In this document: in pieces, positions 47,659-57,575 of the stretch
Numbering within the stretch: position 1 is the first letter of the stretch
Layout: each line of letters opens with the position of its first letter
Assembly (NCBI GenBank): GCA_947458785.1
Contig: CANGZU010000001.1
Span: 4,269-68,268, forward strand
Reading direction: 5' to 3'
Length of the DNA: 64,000 nt
DNA from: Ignavibacteria bacterium
GTDB taxonomy: Bacteria; Bacteroidota; Ignavibacteria; Kapaibacteriales; Kapaibacteriaceae
Made by a program: the position numbers and the translations under genes
The notes under the pieces: generated by a model
Told to the model about the DNA's origin: nothing
Database searches by the model: none
The model's input: the letters and a program-made list of their open reading frames with translations, nothing else

Positions 47659-48857
47659 TGGCCCTCTCCATGGACGCTGCGCCAGAGCGTTGTCGAGATC
47701 GCATTGATCGTAGCAAATCCTCGTGCATCAGCTCCGTCCCAGGCCTTGTTTTCCTCACCATAGGTTGCGAAGCTAGATTTCATGAGGTCGTTCAATGACT
47801 CAACGCCAAGAATGCTGAAACTATTCGCAGAACATTGCAGGGTTACTGTACCTGAAACCGCTTCCTGCGTTGTGCGGAAGAATGCTTCGATATCGCGCAA
47901 GGCTGGCTCGAGGAACTGACCTTCATGCAGGAGCTGGCCATACCACAGTGAAAGTTGATCCTTGAGCATCAGCTGCCATTTCGTGAGTGTGTGCTTTTCA
48001 AGTGCATGATGCGCCTTGATTGTCATCAATGCAGCCGGCGCTTCAAACGCCACTCGCCCCTTGATGCCAAGGATCGTGTCGCCGATGTGCATGTCGCGTC
48101 CAATATGCCAACGTGAACCGATTTCGTTGAGACGTCGAATCACATCGAGTGGCTCCATCAATGCTCCATTGAGCGCCGTGGGTAGCCCCTTCTCGAACGT
48201 GATTGCAACGCGCTCAGTTGTCTTGTCAGGATCTAGTTCGCATGCAGACGATGGCCATGCATCGTTTGGAAGGGGCTCGTGCGACGTGAGTGTTTCTCGT
48301 CCGCCTACCGTTGTCCCCCAAATGCCTTGATTGATCGAATAGGCAGACTTCGTCCAGTCGCCCTCAACGCCATGCTGTGCAAGGTATGCGATCTCCTCAT
48401 CACGCGAGAGTTTCTTGTCGCGGACAGGCGTAATCACCGGGAGCTCTGGACACAGGATCCGAAAGATCACATCAAAGCGAATCTGATCGTTACCCGCACC
48501 TGTGCTGCCATGTGCGATATGTGTTGCCTCTATGGCACGTGCATGTTGTGCGATAGCGATGGCCTGCACGACGCGTTCAGCGCTAACACTGAGGGGATAG
48601 GTGCCATTCTTGAGGACATTCCCGGCGATGCAGTACCGCAGGACTGAGTCGAACAGCTCTTGCGTTCTGTCCAGCGTAACATGGGAGGCAACGCCGCAGG
48701 AGCTTGCCCGCGACGCAATGTTCTCGATGTCTTGAGCAGAGAATCCGCCGGTATCGACGAGAACCGTATGGACCTCCATACCCATGTCTACGCTGAGATA
48801 CCGCGCACAGTATGATGTGTCGAGTCCACCACTAAACGCAAGTAGGACCTTGTTCAT
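47655..48857 (-). CDS. argG: Argininosuccinate synthase
   Basis: AFSGGLDTS, HGSTGAGNDQIRF, GIKGR..FEAPA. Confidence 0.97.
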   Translation of the reverse strand: MNKVLLAFSGGLDTSYCARYLSVDMGMEVHTVLVDTGGFSAQDIENIASRASSCGVASHVTLDRTQELFDSVLRYCIAGNVLKNGTYPLSVSAERVVQAIAIAQHARAIEATHIAHGSTGAGNDQIRFDVIFRILCPELPVITPVRDKKLSRDEEIAYLAQHGVEGDWTKSAYSINQGIWGTTVGGRETLTSHEPLPNDAWPSSACELDPDKTTERVAITFEKGLPTALNGALMEPLDVIRRLNEIGSRWHIGRDMHIGDTILGIKGRVAFEAPAALMTIKAHHALEKHTLTKWQLMLKDQLSLWYGQLLHEGQFLEPALRDIEAFFRTTQEAVSGTVTLQCSANSFSILGVESLNDLMKSSFATYGEENKAWDGADARGFATINAISTTLWRSVHGEGQ

Positions 48858-49417
48858 TCTTCAGACTCCTTCGGATCATAGAGCATGCCGGTGCACAGAC
48901 ACATAGAACGCTTTGTGCGCTCAAGAATGTCAAAGTTGGGGCAAGACTGGCATCCCTTCCAGAATGACTCATCTGTCGTTAGTTCCGAGAAATGCACGGG
49001 GCGATATCCCAGCTCAAAATTGATTTTCATCACGGCAGCACTTGTTGTGATACCGAACATCTTGGCGTCTGGAAACCGCTCACGAGAAAGCTCAAAGGCA
49101 GCCCGTTTGATCCTGCGGGCCAGGTTGTTCTTTCGGTACTCAGGCTTTACGATCAGGCCAGAGTTTGCAACGTAGCGACCGTGCTCCCAGGTCTCGATGT
49201 AGCAGAAACCGGCAAAGCTGCCGGATGGCGTTAGGGCGATAATGGCCTTGCCTTCTGTCATCTTCTGCTCGATGTACTCAGGTGTCCTTCGAGCAATACC
49301 AGTGCCGCGTTGTTGTGCAGCTACGAAGATCGTTTCAACGATCTCCTCTGCATAGGAGATATGTGATCGGTCGGCGCGTAGAATACACACGTCGACCTCT
49401 TCCATGAGGTTATTCAT
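48854..49417 (-). CDS. argA: GNAT acetyltransferase, Bacteroidota short ArgA (N-acylglutamate synthase)
   Basis: RGTGIARR, GFCYIETW, VANSGLIV, FWKGCQSC, CLCTGML; first gene of the arg operon; start approximate. Confidence 0.8.
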   Translation of the reverse strand: MNNLMEEVDVCILRADRSHISYAEEIVETIFVAAQQRGTGIARRTPEYIEQKMTEGKAIIALTPSGSFAGFCYIETWEHGRYVANSGLIVKPEYRKNNLARRIKRAAFELSRERFPDAKMFGITTSAAVMKINFELGYRPVHFSELTTDESFWKGCQSCPNFDILERTKRSMCLCTGMLYDPKESEE

Positions 49418-49527
49418 AGGCTTCAAATGAGGGGTGCTTGATCCGAACGGCGAGCGGAATTGCTCGAGCGGTTCGTTGTGGGCGAGGCGCTGAAGGCTTC
49501 GCTGCGGGATGGGTCAGGAACGGCGCG

Positions 49528-49608
49528 TTACGACAGACGCATTTCCAGCCGGGTTTCCCGCAGCGGAAGTCGTCGTCGATCCTCTTGATGGTAACGCGTT
49601 TTCATCAT
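49528..49608 (-). CDS. Putative arginine-rich leader peptide (26 aa)
   Basis: MMKTRYHQEDRRRLPLRETRLEMRLS-stop; 7 Arg codons including CGA-CGA-CGA; ends about 110 nt before argA. Confidence 0.7.
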   Translation of the reverse strand: MMKTRYHQEDRRRLPLRETRLEMRLS

Positions 49609-49668
49609 TCGTGGGTCGCAAACATCGGAAGAATGCAACTCCTGCGCAAGCGACACACTGATACGTTA

Positions 49669-50154
49669 TCAGATATTATTGTTCTTGGCCCGTGAGTCAG
49701 ATGCGAGTTGTTCCTTGTAAGCAATCAAGCGTGGCAGCAGATCCGGCATACCGATAGAGAGCATTTCTACGGCGAGCAGGCCTGCGTTACGTCCGCCCCC
49801 TATCGCCACGGTGGCAACTGGGACACCACTTGGCATTTGTACGATGCTCAGAAGTGAGTCAAGACCACGGAGCTGTTTTGTAGCGATCGGTACGCCGATC
49901 ACCGGAAGGGGGGTATACGAGGCCGTCATGCCTGGCAGGTGGGCAGCTCCACCAGCACCAGCAATGATAACCTTAATGCCACGTGTGTGGGCAGTAGCTC
50001 CGTACTCGGCCATATCGTGCGGAGTGCGATGAGCACTTACGATGCGCATTTCGTATGCAACACCAAACTCTTCGCATACGGCAGCGGCCTCCTTCATCGT
50101 CGGAAGGTCAGAATCACTGCCCATGATGATGCCTACAACTGCTTGCGTGCTCAT
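49669..50154 (-). CDS. purE: N5-carboxyaminoimidazole ribonucleotide mutase
   Basis: [32 protein letters not shown]. Confidence 0.97.
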   Translation of the reverse strand: MSTQAVVGIIMGSDSDLPTMKEAAAVCEEFGVAYEMRIVSAHRTPHDMAEYGATAHTRGIKVIIAGAGGAAHLPGMTASYTPLPVIGVPIATKQLRGLDSLLSIVQMPSGVPVATVAIGGGRNAGLLAVEMLSIGMPDLLPRLIAYKEQLASDSRAKNNNI

Positions 50155-50768
50155 GGTGTTTCCTTTGGTGTTTGATTAACAATTCGCTTCATCAGGCCTA
50201 AGAGCTGGTGTCTGCCCAGACCTGTTTCACTCGATGAAGGAATCACGTCCACAAGGCTCGCGCATTGTGCGAGGAGCTCCTTTACCTGCTCAACGCGTTC
50301 TTGGAGAGCTGCCGGCTTGAGTTTGTCGCATTTCGTAAGGATGACCGCATAGCTACGTTGAGCGAATTCAAGCTCTTCGATCATTGCTAGGTCAAGGGGC
50401 TGTGGGTCGTGCCGTGAATCTACCAAGACACAGGTAACAGCGAGCTGCTCACGCTTGAGTACGTACGTCTTGATAAGTGTCGAGAATTGCTCTCGTTGAG
50501 TCTTACTTACGCGGGCATAACCGTATCCAGGCAAGTCAACGAGCATGAAGCCGAGATCTGTTACAAAGAAATTGATTTCCTGTGTTTTGCCCGGGGTATT
50601 GGACACGCGCGCCACTCTCGACGACCGCACGAGTGTATTGATTAGGGATGACTTCCCAACGTTGGACCGACCAATGAAGGCGATCTCCTGCAGGCTGGAT
50701 ACAGGGAAGTGCTCAGGTGATGTTGCACCTTTGACAAATTCCGCTCGCAGATGAATTTCTTGCGCCAT
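50151..50768 (-). CDS. engB: Ribosome biogenesis GTPase YihA/YsxC
   Basis: [26 protein letters not shown]. Confidence 0.95.
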   Translation of the reverse strand: MAQEIHLRAEFVKGATSPEHFPVSSLQEIAFIGRSNVGKSSLINTLVRSSRVARVSNTPGKTQEINFFVTDLGFMLVDLPGYGYARVSKTQREQFSTLIKTYVLKREQLAVTCVLVDSRHDPQPLDLAMIEELEFAQRSYAVILTKCDKLKPAALQERVEQVKELLAQCASLVDVIPSSSETGLGRHQLLGLMKRIVNQTPKETP

Positions 50769-50774
50769 AGGAGA

Positions 50775-50812
50775 TAAAAAATGAAAACGCCGGATGCTGT
50801 CGCAACCGGCGT
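50775..50812 (-). terminator. Intrinsic terminator after rplQ
   Basis: ACGCCGG/CCGGCGT stem followed on the minus strand by TTTCATTTTTT. Confidence 0.75.
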
Positions 50813-50834
50813 CTGTCGTACAGATTATAGCAAA

Positions 50835-51563
50835 TTACTCCGCAGAGCTACCGTCGGCTGCTGGAGCGTCGGCTGCTGGAGCGTCGGCTGCTGGAGCGTC
50901 GGCTGCTGGAGCGTCGGCTGCTGGAGCGTCGGCTGCTGGAGCGTCGGCTGTATCAGCAGGTGCTTCTGCTGCAGGAGCTTCTGCTGCAGGTGCTTCGACC
51001 ACTGGCGTCTCTTCTACAATGGCCTCCTCAACGACCGGGTCTTCTACAACGACCGGTGCAGGAGCTACTGCCACTGGAGCTGGCTTTGGCTTGGCTGCTG
51101 GCTTCGGCTTGGCTGGTGTCTTCGCTGCGGCACGGCGCTTCGTAGAAGATGATCGGCCATCAACCGGATTTGACCAGTCGACAAGCTCAATCATCGCCGT
51201 CGCTGCGGCATCACCACGACGAAGCCCAAGCTTCGTAATGCGTGTATAGCCACCATCGCGCTCTGCCACAAGTGGAGCGATCGTATCGAACAGCTCCTGC
51301 AGCACACCCTTGTTCTTGATGAAGCGTCCTACCATACGGCGGTTGTGAACGTCAACGCCGGTGATGGCGCCTGACTTCTCCGACCGATGCGCATTGCGTG
51401 CACGTGTGATAAGCTGTTCAGCAAATGGACGGAGTTCCTTGGCCTTCGCAACTGTTGTTACCAGACGCTTGTGCTCGAACAACGATGTTGCCAAGTTCGC
51501 AAGCAACGCGCGCTTGTGGCTCGCTGTGCGCTTGAGTTTCCGACCTGCATACCCATGTCGCAT
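50835..51563 (-). CDS. rplQ: 50S ribosomal protein L17 with long low-complexity C-terminal tail
   Basis: MRHG..GRKL.R, TT.AKAKE, GGYTRI, RRGDAA. Confidence 0.96.
   Translation of the reverse strand: MRHGYAGRKLKRTASHKRALLANLATSLFEHKRLVTTVAKAKELRPFAEQLITRARNAHRSEKSGAITGVDVHNRRMVGRFIKNKGVLQELFDTIAPLVAERDGGYTRITKLGLRRGDAAATAMIELVDWSNPVDGRSSSTKRRAAAKTPAKPKPAAKPKPAPVAVAPAPVVVEDPVVEEAIVEETPVVEAPAAEAPAAEAPADTADAPAADAPAADAPAADAPAADAPAADAPAADGSSAE
50852..50950. repeat. 15-bp tandem repeat (CGTCGGCTGCTGGAG) x6 plus partial, encoding ADAPA repeats in L17
   Basis: Six identical units read directly. Confidence 0.95.
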
Positions 51564-51584
51564 GATTACTTCTCCTTGCCTTCC

Positions 51585-52604
51585 TTAGTCTTGTTTCTTT
51601 TCGTCGCTGCTGAGGTAGTCATCCAGATTCATACCGAATGTCAATCCATTTGCAGAGACAACTTCTGCCAACTCCGAGAGAGACTTACGACCGAAGTTGC
51701 GAAACTTCAGCAGATCAGATTCTTGGAGGCTGACCAAATCTGCAAGCGTTTTGATGCTAGCAGCCTTGAGGCAGTTGTGAGCACGAACGCTCAATTCTAA
51801 TTCATCTACTGGTTGGAGCAGGATGCGACGAACACGTGAGCGTTCGCGATCTGCTTCACTGTCGCCTGCTGATGTTTCGTGTACCTCGGCTGCACCTGCT
51901 GCAGATGGATTTACACCCAAGAACAGCGCAACGTGCGAACGAAAAATGCTAGCTGAATGCTCAACAGCTTCCTTCGCGGTGATTGAACCATCAGTGCTGA
52001 TATCAAGCACCAAGCGCTCATAGTCTGTCTTTTGGCCAACGCGGAACGGCTCCACGTTGTAGATAACGTTCTTGATCGGAGTGTAGATAGCATCAATCGG
52101 GAGCATCCCGAGTGGGAAATCAGCTGCGTTTTGCTCTTCCGATGGCACATATCCCTTGCCACGTCCAATGCGGAGTTCAACATCGAAGTCGACATCGTCT
52201 GACAGTGTAGCAATCTTCTTCGACGGATCAAGTACTTCGATCGCGCCAGCCGTTGCGTCTTGGATCATTTCAGCAGTCCACGTTTTCTGCCCCTTTACAC
52301 GGAACGAGATACGCTGCGACGCCTTTGGATCATTGATACGGAAACGAACTTCTTTCAGATTGAGGATGATCTCACACATGTCTTCCACAACACCCGGGAT
52401 CGTCTGGAATTCATGCTGAACATCGGAGATCTTAACTCCAACGATCGCTGAACCCTGGATCGATGAAAGGAGCACGCGACGAAACGCGTTACCTATTGTA
52501 GTACCGTAACCCTCTTCAAGAGGATTGAGGATAAACCGAGCATGGTATGGACTGCCGAGTTCTTCGACGACGACGCCTTCGGGCATCTGCATCTGCATAT
52601 TCAT
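51585..52604 (-). CDS. rpoA: RNA polymerase alpha subunit
   Basis: PLEEGYGTTIGNAFRRVLLSS, IDAIYTP, LSVRAHNCL, NFGRKSL. Confidence 0.98.
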   Translation of the reverse strand: MNMQMQMPEGVVVEELGSPYHARFILNPLEEGYGTTIGNAFRRVLLSSIQGSAIVGVKISDVQHEFQTIPGVVEDMCEIILNLKEVRFRINDPKASQRISFRVKGQKTWTAEMIQDATAGAIEVLDPSKKIATLSDDVDFDVELRIGRGKGYVPSEEQNAADFPLGMLPIDAIYTPIKNVIYNVEPFRVGQKTDYERLVLDISTDGSITAKEAVEHSASIFRSHVALFLGVNPSAAGAAEVHETSAGDSEADRERSRVRRILLQPVDELELSVRAHNCLKAASIKTLADLVSLQESDLLKFRNFGRKSLSELAEVVSANGLTFGMNLDDYLSSDEKKQD

Positions 52605-52656
52605 GGCCTTCCTTTGGTCAAATTCAGACGGAAAAAAACAACATCAACAGTACGGG

Positions 52657-53043
52657 TTAGACGCGGCGCTTTTTCGGCGGACGGCAACCGTTGTGTGGCA
52701 ACGGTGTTTCGTCGAGGATCGAAAGAACCTCAAAGCCTGCCTGTGTCAGCGCACGGATAGCGGCTTCGCGTCCGGATCCTGGCCCCTTCACAACAACGTC
52801 AACCTTGCGAAGACCCATTTCGAATGCTTCACGAGCGGCCTTGTCTGCAGACACCTGTGAGGCATACGGTGTGTTCTTCTTTGAACCACGGAATCCGTTC
52901 TTGCCCGCAGATGACCACGACAACGTGTTGCCGTACGTATCTGTTACTGTGACGATTACGTTATTGAATGTGGCACGGACAAACACCTTGCCATGCACAT
53001 CCGCAACGATTTTGCGCTTTACGCGCTTCTTAGCAGCTGCCAT
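52657..53043 (-). CDS. rpsK: 30S ribosomal protein S11
   Basis: [25 protein letters not shown]. Confidence 0.98.
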   Translation of the reverse strand: MAAAKKRVKRKIVADVHGKVFVRATFNNVIVTVTDTYGNTLSWSSAGKNGFRGSKKNTPYASQVSADKAAREAFEMGLRKVDVVVKGPGSGREAAIRALTQAGFEVLSILDETPLPHNGCRPPKKRRV

Positions 53044-53060
53044 TGATCATCATCCCTTAA

Positions 53061-53438
53061 TTACTTCTTCACTGCCTTCTTCTTACCAGCAACCGTCTTA
53101 CGCTTACCCTTGCGAGTACGCGCATTGGTACGCGTGCGTTGTCCACGTGCTGGCAAACCGCGGCGGTGGCGTAGGCCACGGTAACATCCGACGTCCATAA
53201 GACGCTTGATGTTGAGTTGAATCTCCGAGCGGAGCTGACCTTCTACTTTGTAGTCGGCGAGCACCTGACGGATGCGTGCAACTTCATCGTCGGTCCATGT
53301 CGATACACGCTTGCTGTGATCAATACCCGCTTTGTCGAGTACTTCACCACTGATCGTGCGGCCGATGCCGAAGATGTATGTGAGCGCGACGATTCCGCGC
53401 TTGTTTTTTGGTAGGTCGATACCTGCGATACGAGCCAC
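53061..53438 (-). CDS. rpsM: 30S ribosomal protein S13
   Basis: [29 protein letters not shown]. Confidence 0.98.
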   Translation of the reverse strand: MARIAGIDLPKNKRGIVALTYIFGIGRTISGEVLDKAGIDHSKRVSTWTDDEVARIRQVLADYKVEGQLRSEIQLNIKRLMDVGCYRGLRHRRGLPARGQRTRTNARTRKGKRKTVAGKKKAVKK

Positions 53439-53452
53439 GTTGTGTCTCCCTT

Positions 53453-53569
53453 TTAGCCTTGACGTTGCTTGAAGCGTGGGTTTTTCTTGTTGATAATGTA
53501 AACCCGTCCCTTACGACGTACAATTTTGTCGTCTGGGCTGCGCTTCTTGACTGATGCTGTTACCTTCAT
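53453..53569 (-). CDS. rpmJ: 50S ribosomal protein L36, Cys-free form
   Basis: Hand translation [38 protein letters not shown]; not in the ORF track. Confidence 0.95.
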   Translation of the reverse strand: MKVTASVKKRSPDDKIVRRKGRVYIINKKNPRFKQRQG

Positions 53570-53597
53570 GACTTCACCTGAAGTTTAAATCTCGACA

Positions 53598-53816
53598 TTA
53601 CTTGTAGCGATACACGATTCGACCCTTCGACAGATCATACGGAGACATTTCAACTGTCACCTTATCACCGCGAAAGATTTTGATGAAGTGCATACGCATC
53701 TTGCCAGACACATGTGCGAGGATCTTATGCCCGTTATCCAGTTTTACGATGAACTGTGTATTCGGGAGTGCTTCCTCGATCGTGCCATCAACACGTATGA
53801 CGTCTTCGCGACCCAT
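53598..53816 (-). CDS. infA: Translation initiation factor IF-1
   Basis: [22 protein letters not shown]. Confidence 0.98.
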   Translation of the reverse strand: MGREDVIRVDGTIEEALPNTQFIVKLDNGHKILAHVSGKMRMHFIKIFRGDKVTVEMSPYDLSKGRIVYRYK

Positions 53817-53837
53817 GTAATCCTAGTTGTGTTTCTG

Positions 53838-54635
53838 TTAATTCCACTCTGTAAGAATTCTTGGTGTTGGCCCGTCGATGAGAATGGTATGTTCGAAATG
53901 CGCCGAGGGCTTCCCATCCGCCGCATATACCGTCCAACCATCGCTTGCTGTTTGCACATGGAACATTCCCATGTTTACCATCGGTTCAATCGCCAATGCC
54001 ATCCCTGTTTTCAGGGGAACATTTGGAAATCGTGACCGATGCAGCAATCCCGGGACAAAGTTTGGTACAGGGGGCTCTTCGTGCAGGTGCTGGCCTATGC
54101 CGTGTCCTACGAGCTCACGTACCACCGAGAATCCTTGTTTTTCAACGCACGTTTGAACAGCTTTCGCAATATCATATACGCGATTACCATCCTTCGCCTG
54201 CTCGATACCTAACCTCAGGGATTCCTGAGTGACGTCGAGTAGACGCTGTTTCTCGGCTGAAATCTCACCGACACCAAATGTGAAGGCGCTATCTCCATAG
54301 TAGCCATCCTTACGAACGCCTACGTCAACCGAAATGATTTGGCCTGCTGACAGCTCACGCTGTCCTGGCATGCCGTGCACAACCTCTTCATCTATGCTGA
54401 TGCAAAGTGTATAAGGATACGTCTTGCGATCAACCTTATACCCTTTGAATGCCGGCTCGGCATCTCGCGTTCGGATGAAATCCTCTGCGATTGCGTCGAG
54501 CTCTAGTGTTGTAACCCCGGGTTTAATGTATCCTTGTAGATGCTGTAGAACGTCCGCAACGATTCTGCATGCAGCCTCGATTTTACGCACGGCGTCCCCA
54601 TTATGGGTCGGTATGCGAAGATCGTGGGGAGACAT
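53838..54635 (-). CDS. map: Methionine aminopeptidase type I
   Basis: VVHGMP, GYYGD, GHGIG..LHEEP, AIEPM, SAHFEHT. Confidence 0.96.
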   Translation of the reverse strand: MSPHDLRIPTHNGDAVRKIEAACRIVADVLQHLQGYIKPGVTTLELDAIAEDFIRTRDAEPAFKGYKVDRKTYPYTLCISIDEEVVHGMPGQRELSAGQIISVDVGVRKDGYYGDSAFTFGVGEISAEKQRLLDVTQESLRLGIEQAKDGNRVYDIAKAVQTCVEKQGFSVVRELVGHGIGQHLHEEPPVPNFVPGLLHRSRFPNVPLKTGMALAIEPMVNMGMFHVQTASDGWTVYAADGKPSAHFEHTILIDGPTPRILTEWN

Positions 54636-54641
54636 CTTACC

Positions 54642-55991
54642 TTAGGATGCAACTCCTGCACGCCCACGGATCTTTCCTGTCTTCATGAAACCGTCATAGT
54701 GACGCATCAAGAGATAAGATTCGATCTGTTGAAGTGTGTCAAGAGCTACACCAACAACGATGAGAAGACTTGTACCGCCAAAGAACGACGCGAGTGCTGG
54801 CTGGACTGTCAAGACGCTCATTGCAAACGTTGGTAGGATTGCAATAATCGCCAAGAATATAGACCCTGGCAGCGTGATTCGCGTTAGAATGTTTTCGATA
54901 TAATCTGATGTCGGACTACCAGGACGAACGCCTGGAATAAAGCCACCGTTCTTCTTCATGTTATCGGCTACTTCCTTTGGATTAAAGGCAATGGCCGTAT
55001 AAAAATACGTGAAGAACACGATCATCAACCCGTACAACACGGAATACAATACGGCGTCAGGACGCAACGCAGCTTCAATCGTACGGAAGAATGCAACATC
55101 AGGGAAAAAGCCAGCGATTGTTCCTGGAATGAACAGTATCGACTGCGCAAAAATGATCGGCATAACACCTGCAGTGTTTACACGCAGAGGAATATACTGG
55201 GTTGAACCACCGTAAACCTTCCGTCCAACAACACGCTTTGCATACTGCACTGGGATGCGACGTGCACCTTGTGTGATCAGGATAACAACGGCAATGATAC
55301 CTAGAAGCAGAGTCAGGAAGATGGCTCCAATAACGAGCTGCTGGCCAAACGTGCTGTCTTCTGGTGTGGTCGCAAACTGTTGGTACAAACCAATCGGGAG
55401 ACGGGAGATGATGCCGATAAAGATGATCAGAGATATCCCGTTTCCAAGTCCGCGGTCCGTGATCTGTTCCCCAATCCACATCAAACCCATAGTTCCTGCT
55501 GTTAGCAGGATAACAGATGAGACTGTCCAGAAGAAACCTGGGTCAACAACGGCACCTGGGTAATCGTAACCAATCTTCGCCGTAACACCCCAAGCTTGCA
55601 GCGCTGCAATCGGAATTGTTAGTAGTCGTGTAAACTGATTGATTTTACGACGTCCGTCTTCACCTTCACGCTGGAGCTTTTGCAACTGTGGCAAAACAAC
55701 GCCTGCAATCTGCAGGATGATGCTTGCTGAGATGTATGGCATGATACCAAGCGCAAAAATGGCGGCGTTTTCAAACGCGCCCCCTACAAAGAGGTTATAG
55801 ATCTGGAAGATGCCACCATCTCCGGCAGCACCTGCTTCGATCTGACGTTGCAGTTCAGTTGTATTGATACCGGGGATCGCGATCAGCGATCCGAGGCGCA
55901 CAGCGAGCAATGCGACGAGCGTAAAGATGATACGCTGTCGTAGCTCTTCAATTCGGAACATGTTCCGAAATGTGGTAACAATATTAGACAT
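54642..55991 (-). CDS. secY: Preprotein translocase SecY
   Basis: LGIMPYISASI, GLGNGISL, GVMPIIFA, IPGVRPG, GGTSLLI. Confidence 0.98.
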   Translation of the reverse strand: MSNIVTTFRNMFRIEELRQRIIFTLVALLAVRLGSLIAIPGINTTELQRQIEAGAAGDGGIFQIYNLFVGGAFENAAIFALGIMPYISASIILQIAGVVLPQLQKLQREGEDGRRKINQFTRLLTIPIAALQAWGVTAKIGYDYPGAVVDPGFFWTVSSVILLTAGTMGLMWIGEQITDRGLGNGISLIIFIGIISRLPIGLYQQFATTPEDSTFGQQLVIGAIFLTLLLGIIAVVILITQGARRIPVQYAKRVVGRKVYGGSTQYIPLRVNTAGVMPIIFAQSILFIPGTIAGFFPDVAFFRTIEAALRPDAVLYSVLYGLMIVFFTYFYTAIAFNPKEVADNMKKNGGFIPGVRPGSPTSDYIENILTRITLPGSIFLAIIAILPTFAMSVLTVQPALASFFGGTSLLIVVGVALDTLQQIESYLLMRHYDGFMKTGKIRGRAGVAS

Positions 55992-56445
55992 GAACGGTTA
56001 CCGCTCCTCCGGCAGATTCGATCTTGTTCTTTGCAGATTCGGAGATCTTATCGCACGAGACAGAGAGCTTTGCTGAAAGACCGCCGTTACCCAAAATCTT
56101 TACTGGAGCAGACCTCTTGCGGATGACGCCCAGAGACAAAAGTGTCTCTTTATCTACAACACCGTTTGTGATCTGCTGTTCATCTACCAAACGCTGCAGA
56201 GTTGCAACGTTTACTTCTTGATATTCAATGCGGTTGATGTTCGTGAAGCCGAATTTCGGAACACGACGAGTAAGCGTCATCTGTCCGCCTTCGAATCCAC
56301 GGCTCTGGCTGAAACCACTGCGCGACTGATGGCCCTTGTGACCACGCGTTGCAGTACCGCCATGGCCTGAACCGGCACCACGACCTACGCGCTTCTTCTT
56401 GTGACGTGAACCCGCTGCGGGTGATAGATTTCCTATGTGTTTCAT
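55984..56445 (-). CDS. rplO: 50S ribosomal protein L15
   Basis: RVGRG.GSG, GFEGGQ, KILGNG. Confidence 0.97.
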   Translation of the reverse strand: MKHIGNLSPAAGSRHKKKRVGRGAGSGHGGTATRGHKGHQSRSGFSQSRGFEGGQMTLTRRVPKFGFTNINRIEYQEVNVATLQRLVDEQQITNGVVDKETLLSLGVIRKRSAPVKILGNGGLSAKLSVSCDKISESAKNKIESAGGAVTVHV

Positions 56446-56453
56446 GTTGGGCC

Positions 56454-56636
56454 TCAGTCTGCAATCTCTTCAACCGTCACGAGGTGACGTACTGTGTTAA
56501 TCATGCCAAGAATTTGAACGTTCTTTGGCTTGATCGATACGTAGTTAGGGCGGCCAAGGCCAAGAGCCTTGATCGTTGCTTTGTGCGCCTTCAGTGCTCC
56601 GATCGACGAACGCACTTGTGTGATTTTCAGCTTCAT
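56454..56636 (-). CDS. rpmD: 50S ribosomal protein L30
   Basis: KITQVRSSIG, ALGL, GMI..VRHLV. Confidence 0.95.
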   Translation of the reverse strand: MKLKITQVRSSIGALKAHKATIKALGLGRPNYVSIKPKNVQILGMINTVRHLVTVEEIAD

Positions 56637-56659
56637 ACTCTTCACTTCCCTTGTTTCGC

Positions 56660-57163
56660 TTAGCCTTGAAGAACTTTTTCGACACTAACACCACGGCGAG
56701 CAGCCACAGCGGCAGCATCTTCGAGCTGCATCAATGCATCCATTGTTGCCTTGACGGTGTTGTGAGGATTAGACGAACCTTGTGACTTCGTCAGGACGTC
56801 CTTCACGCCAGCCAATTCGAGGATCGCTCGTACACCACCAGCAGCAATAACACCAGTACCAGGAGTTGCCGGACGGATGAGAACCTTCGCTGCGCCGAAA
56901 CGTCCAAGGACTTCGTGCGGAATTGTTCCGTTCTCTACGCGAACCTTGACAACCGACTTCTTAGCTGCTTCTGTAGCCTTTGTTACGGCATTGGAAACTT
57001 CACCAGCTTTGCCAAGACCGTACCCAACATGTCCCTGCTCATCGCCTACGACGACCATCGCAGAGAAGTTGAAGCGACGTCCGCCCTTAACAACCTTCGC
57101 TGTCCGGCCAACGTAAACGATCTTATCCTTGAGGTTCAGATCTGATAATTTTTGCTTTGCCAC
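56660..57163 (-). CDS. rpsE: 30S ribosomal protein S5
   Basis: [27 protein letters not shown] start inferred. Confidence 0.96.
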   Translation of the reverse strand: MAKQKLSDLNLKDKIVYVGRTAKVVKGGRRFNFSAMVVVGDEQGHVGYGLGKAGEVSNAVTKATEAAKKSVVKVRVENGTIPHEVLGRFGAAKVLIRPATPGTGVIAAGGVRAILELAGVKDVLTKSQGSSNPHNTVKATMDALMQLEDAAAVAARRGVSVEKVLQG

Positions 57164-57188
57164 GTGTACTGCTCCGTTTCGTTCTCTA

Positions 57189-57560
57189 TTAGAAATCGAG
57201 ACCACTCTCGCGGGCTGCTTCTGCAAGCGCCTTTACGCGACCGTGATACAAAAACCCGTTGCGGTCGAACGCCACTGTTTTAACATTGGCTGCCTGTGCG
57301 CGTTGGGCAAGGACTGTGCCGACAAGACGGCTCTCTTCGACCTTCGTCATTTCCTTCGTGATCTTCGCGCGTACTTCGCTATCAACTGTAGATGCTGATG
57401 CCACTGTTGTAGCTGCAACATCGTCGATGATCTGAGCATAAATATGCTGGAGTGTGCGATGTACCGTAAGGCGCAAACGCTCTGGTGTACCTGTGATGTT
57501 CTTACGAACTCGGCGATTTCGGCGTGCTTGACGGTGATTTTTTAGCTTGATGCGATTCAT
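57189..57560 (-). CDS. rplR: 50S ribosomal protein L18
   Basis: [30 protein letters not shown]. Confidence 0.97.
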   Translation of the reverse strand: MNRIKLKNHRQARRNRRVRKNITGTPERLRLTVHRTLQHIYAQIIDDVAATTVASASTVDSEVRAKITKEMTKVEESRLVGTVLAQRAQAANVKTVAFDRNGFLYHGRVKALAEAARESGLDF

Positions 57561-57575
57561 AGTCGTTTATTCTCC

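Noticed and set aside
49438..49695. 85-aa plus-strand ORF in the arg leader region
   Set aside because: No recognisable features; antisense to the better-supported Arg leader peptide and its stems
50781..51249. Plus-strand ORFs with SVGCW or AAGAS repeats
   Set aside because: Antisense shadows of the rplQ repeat tail
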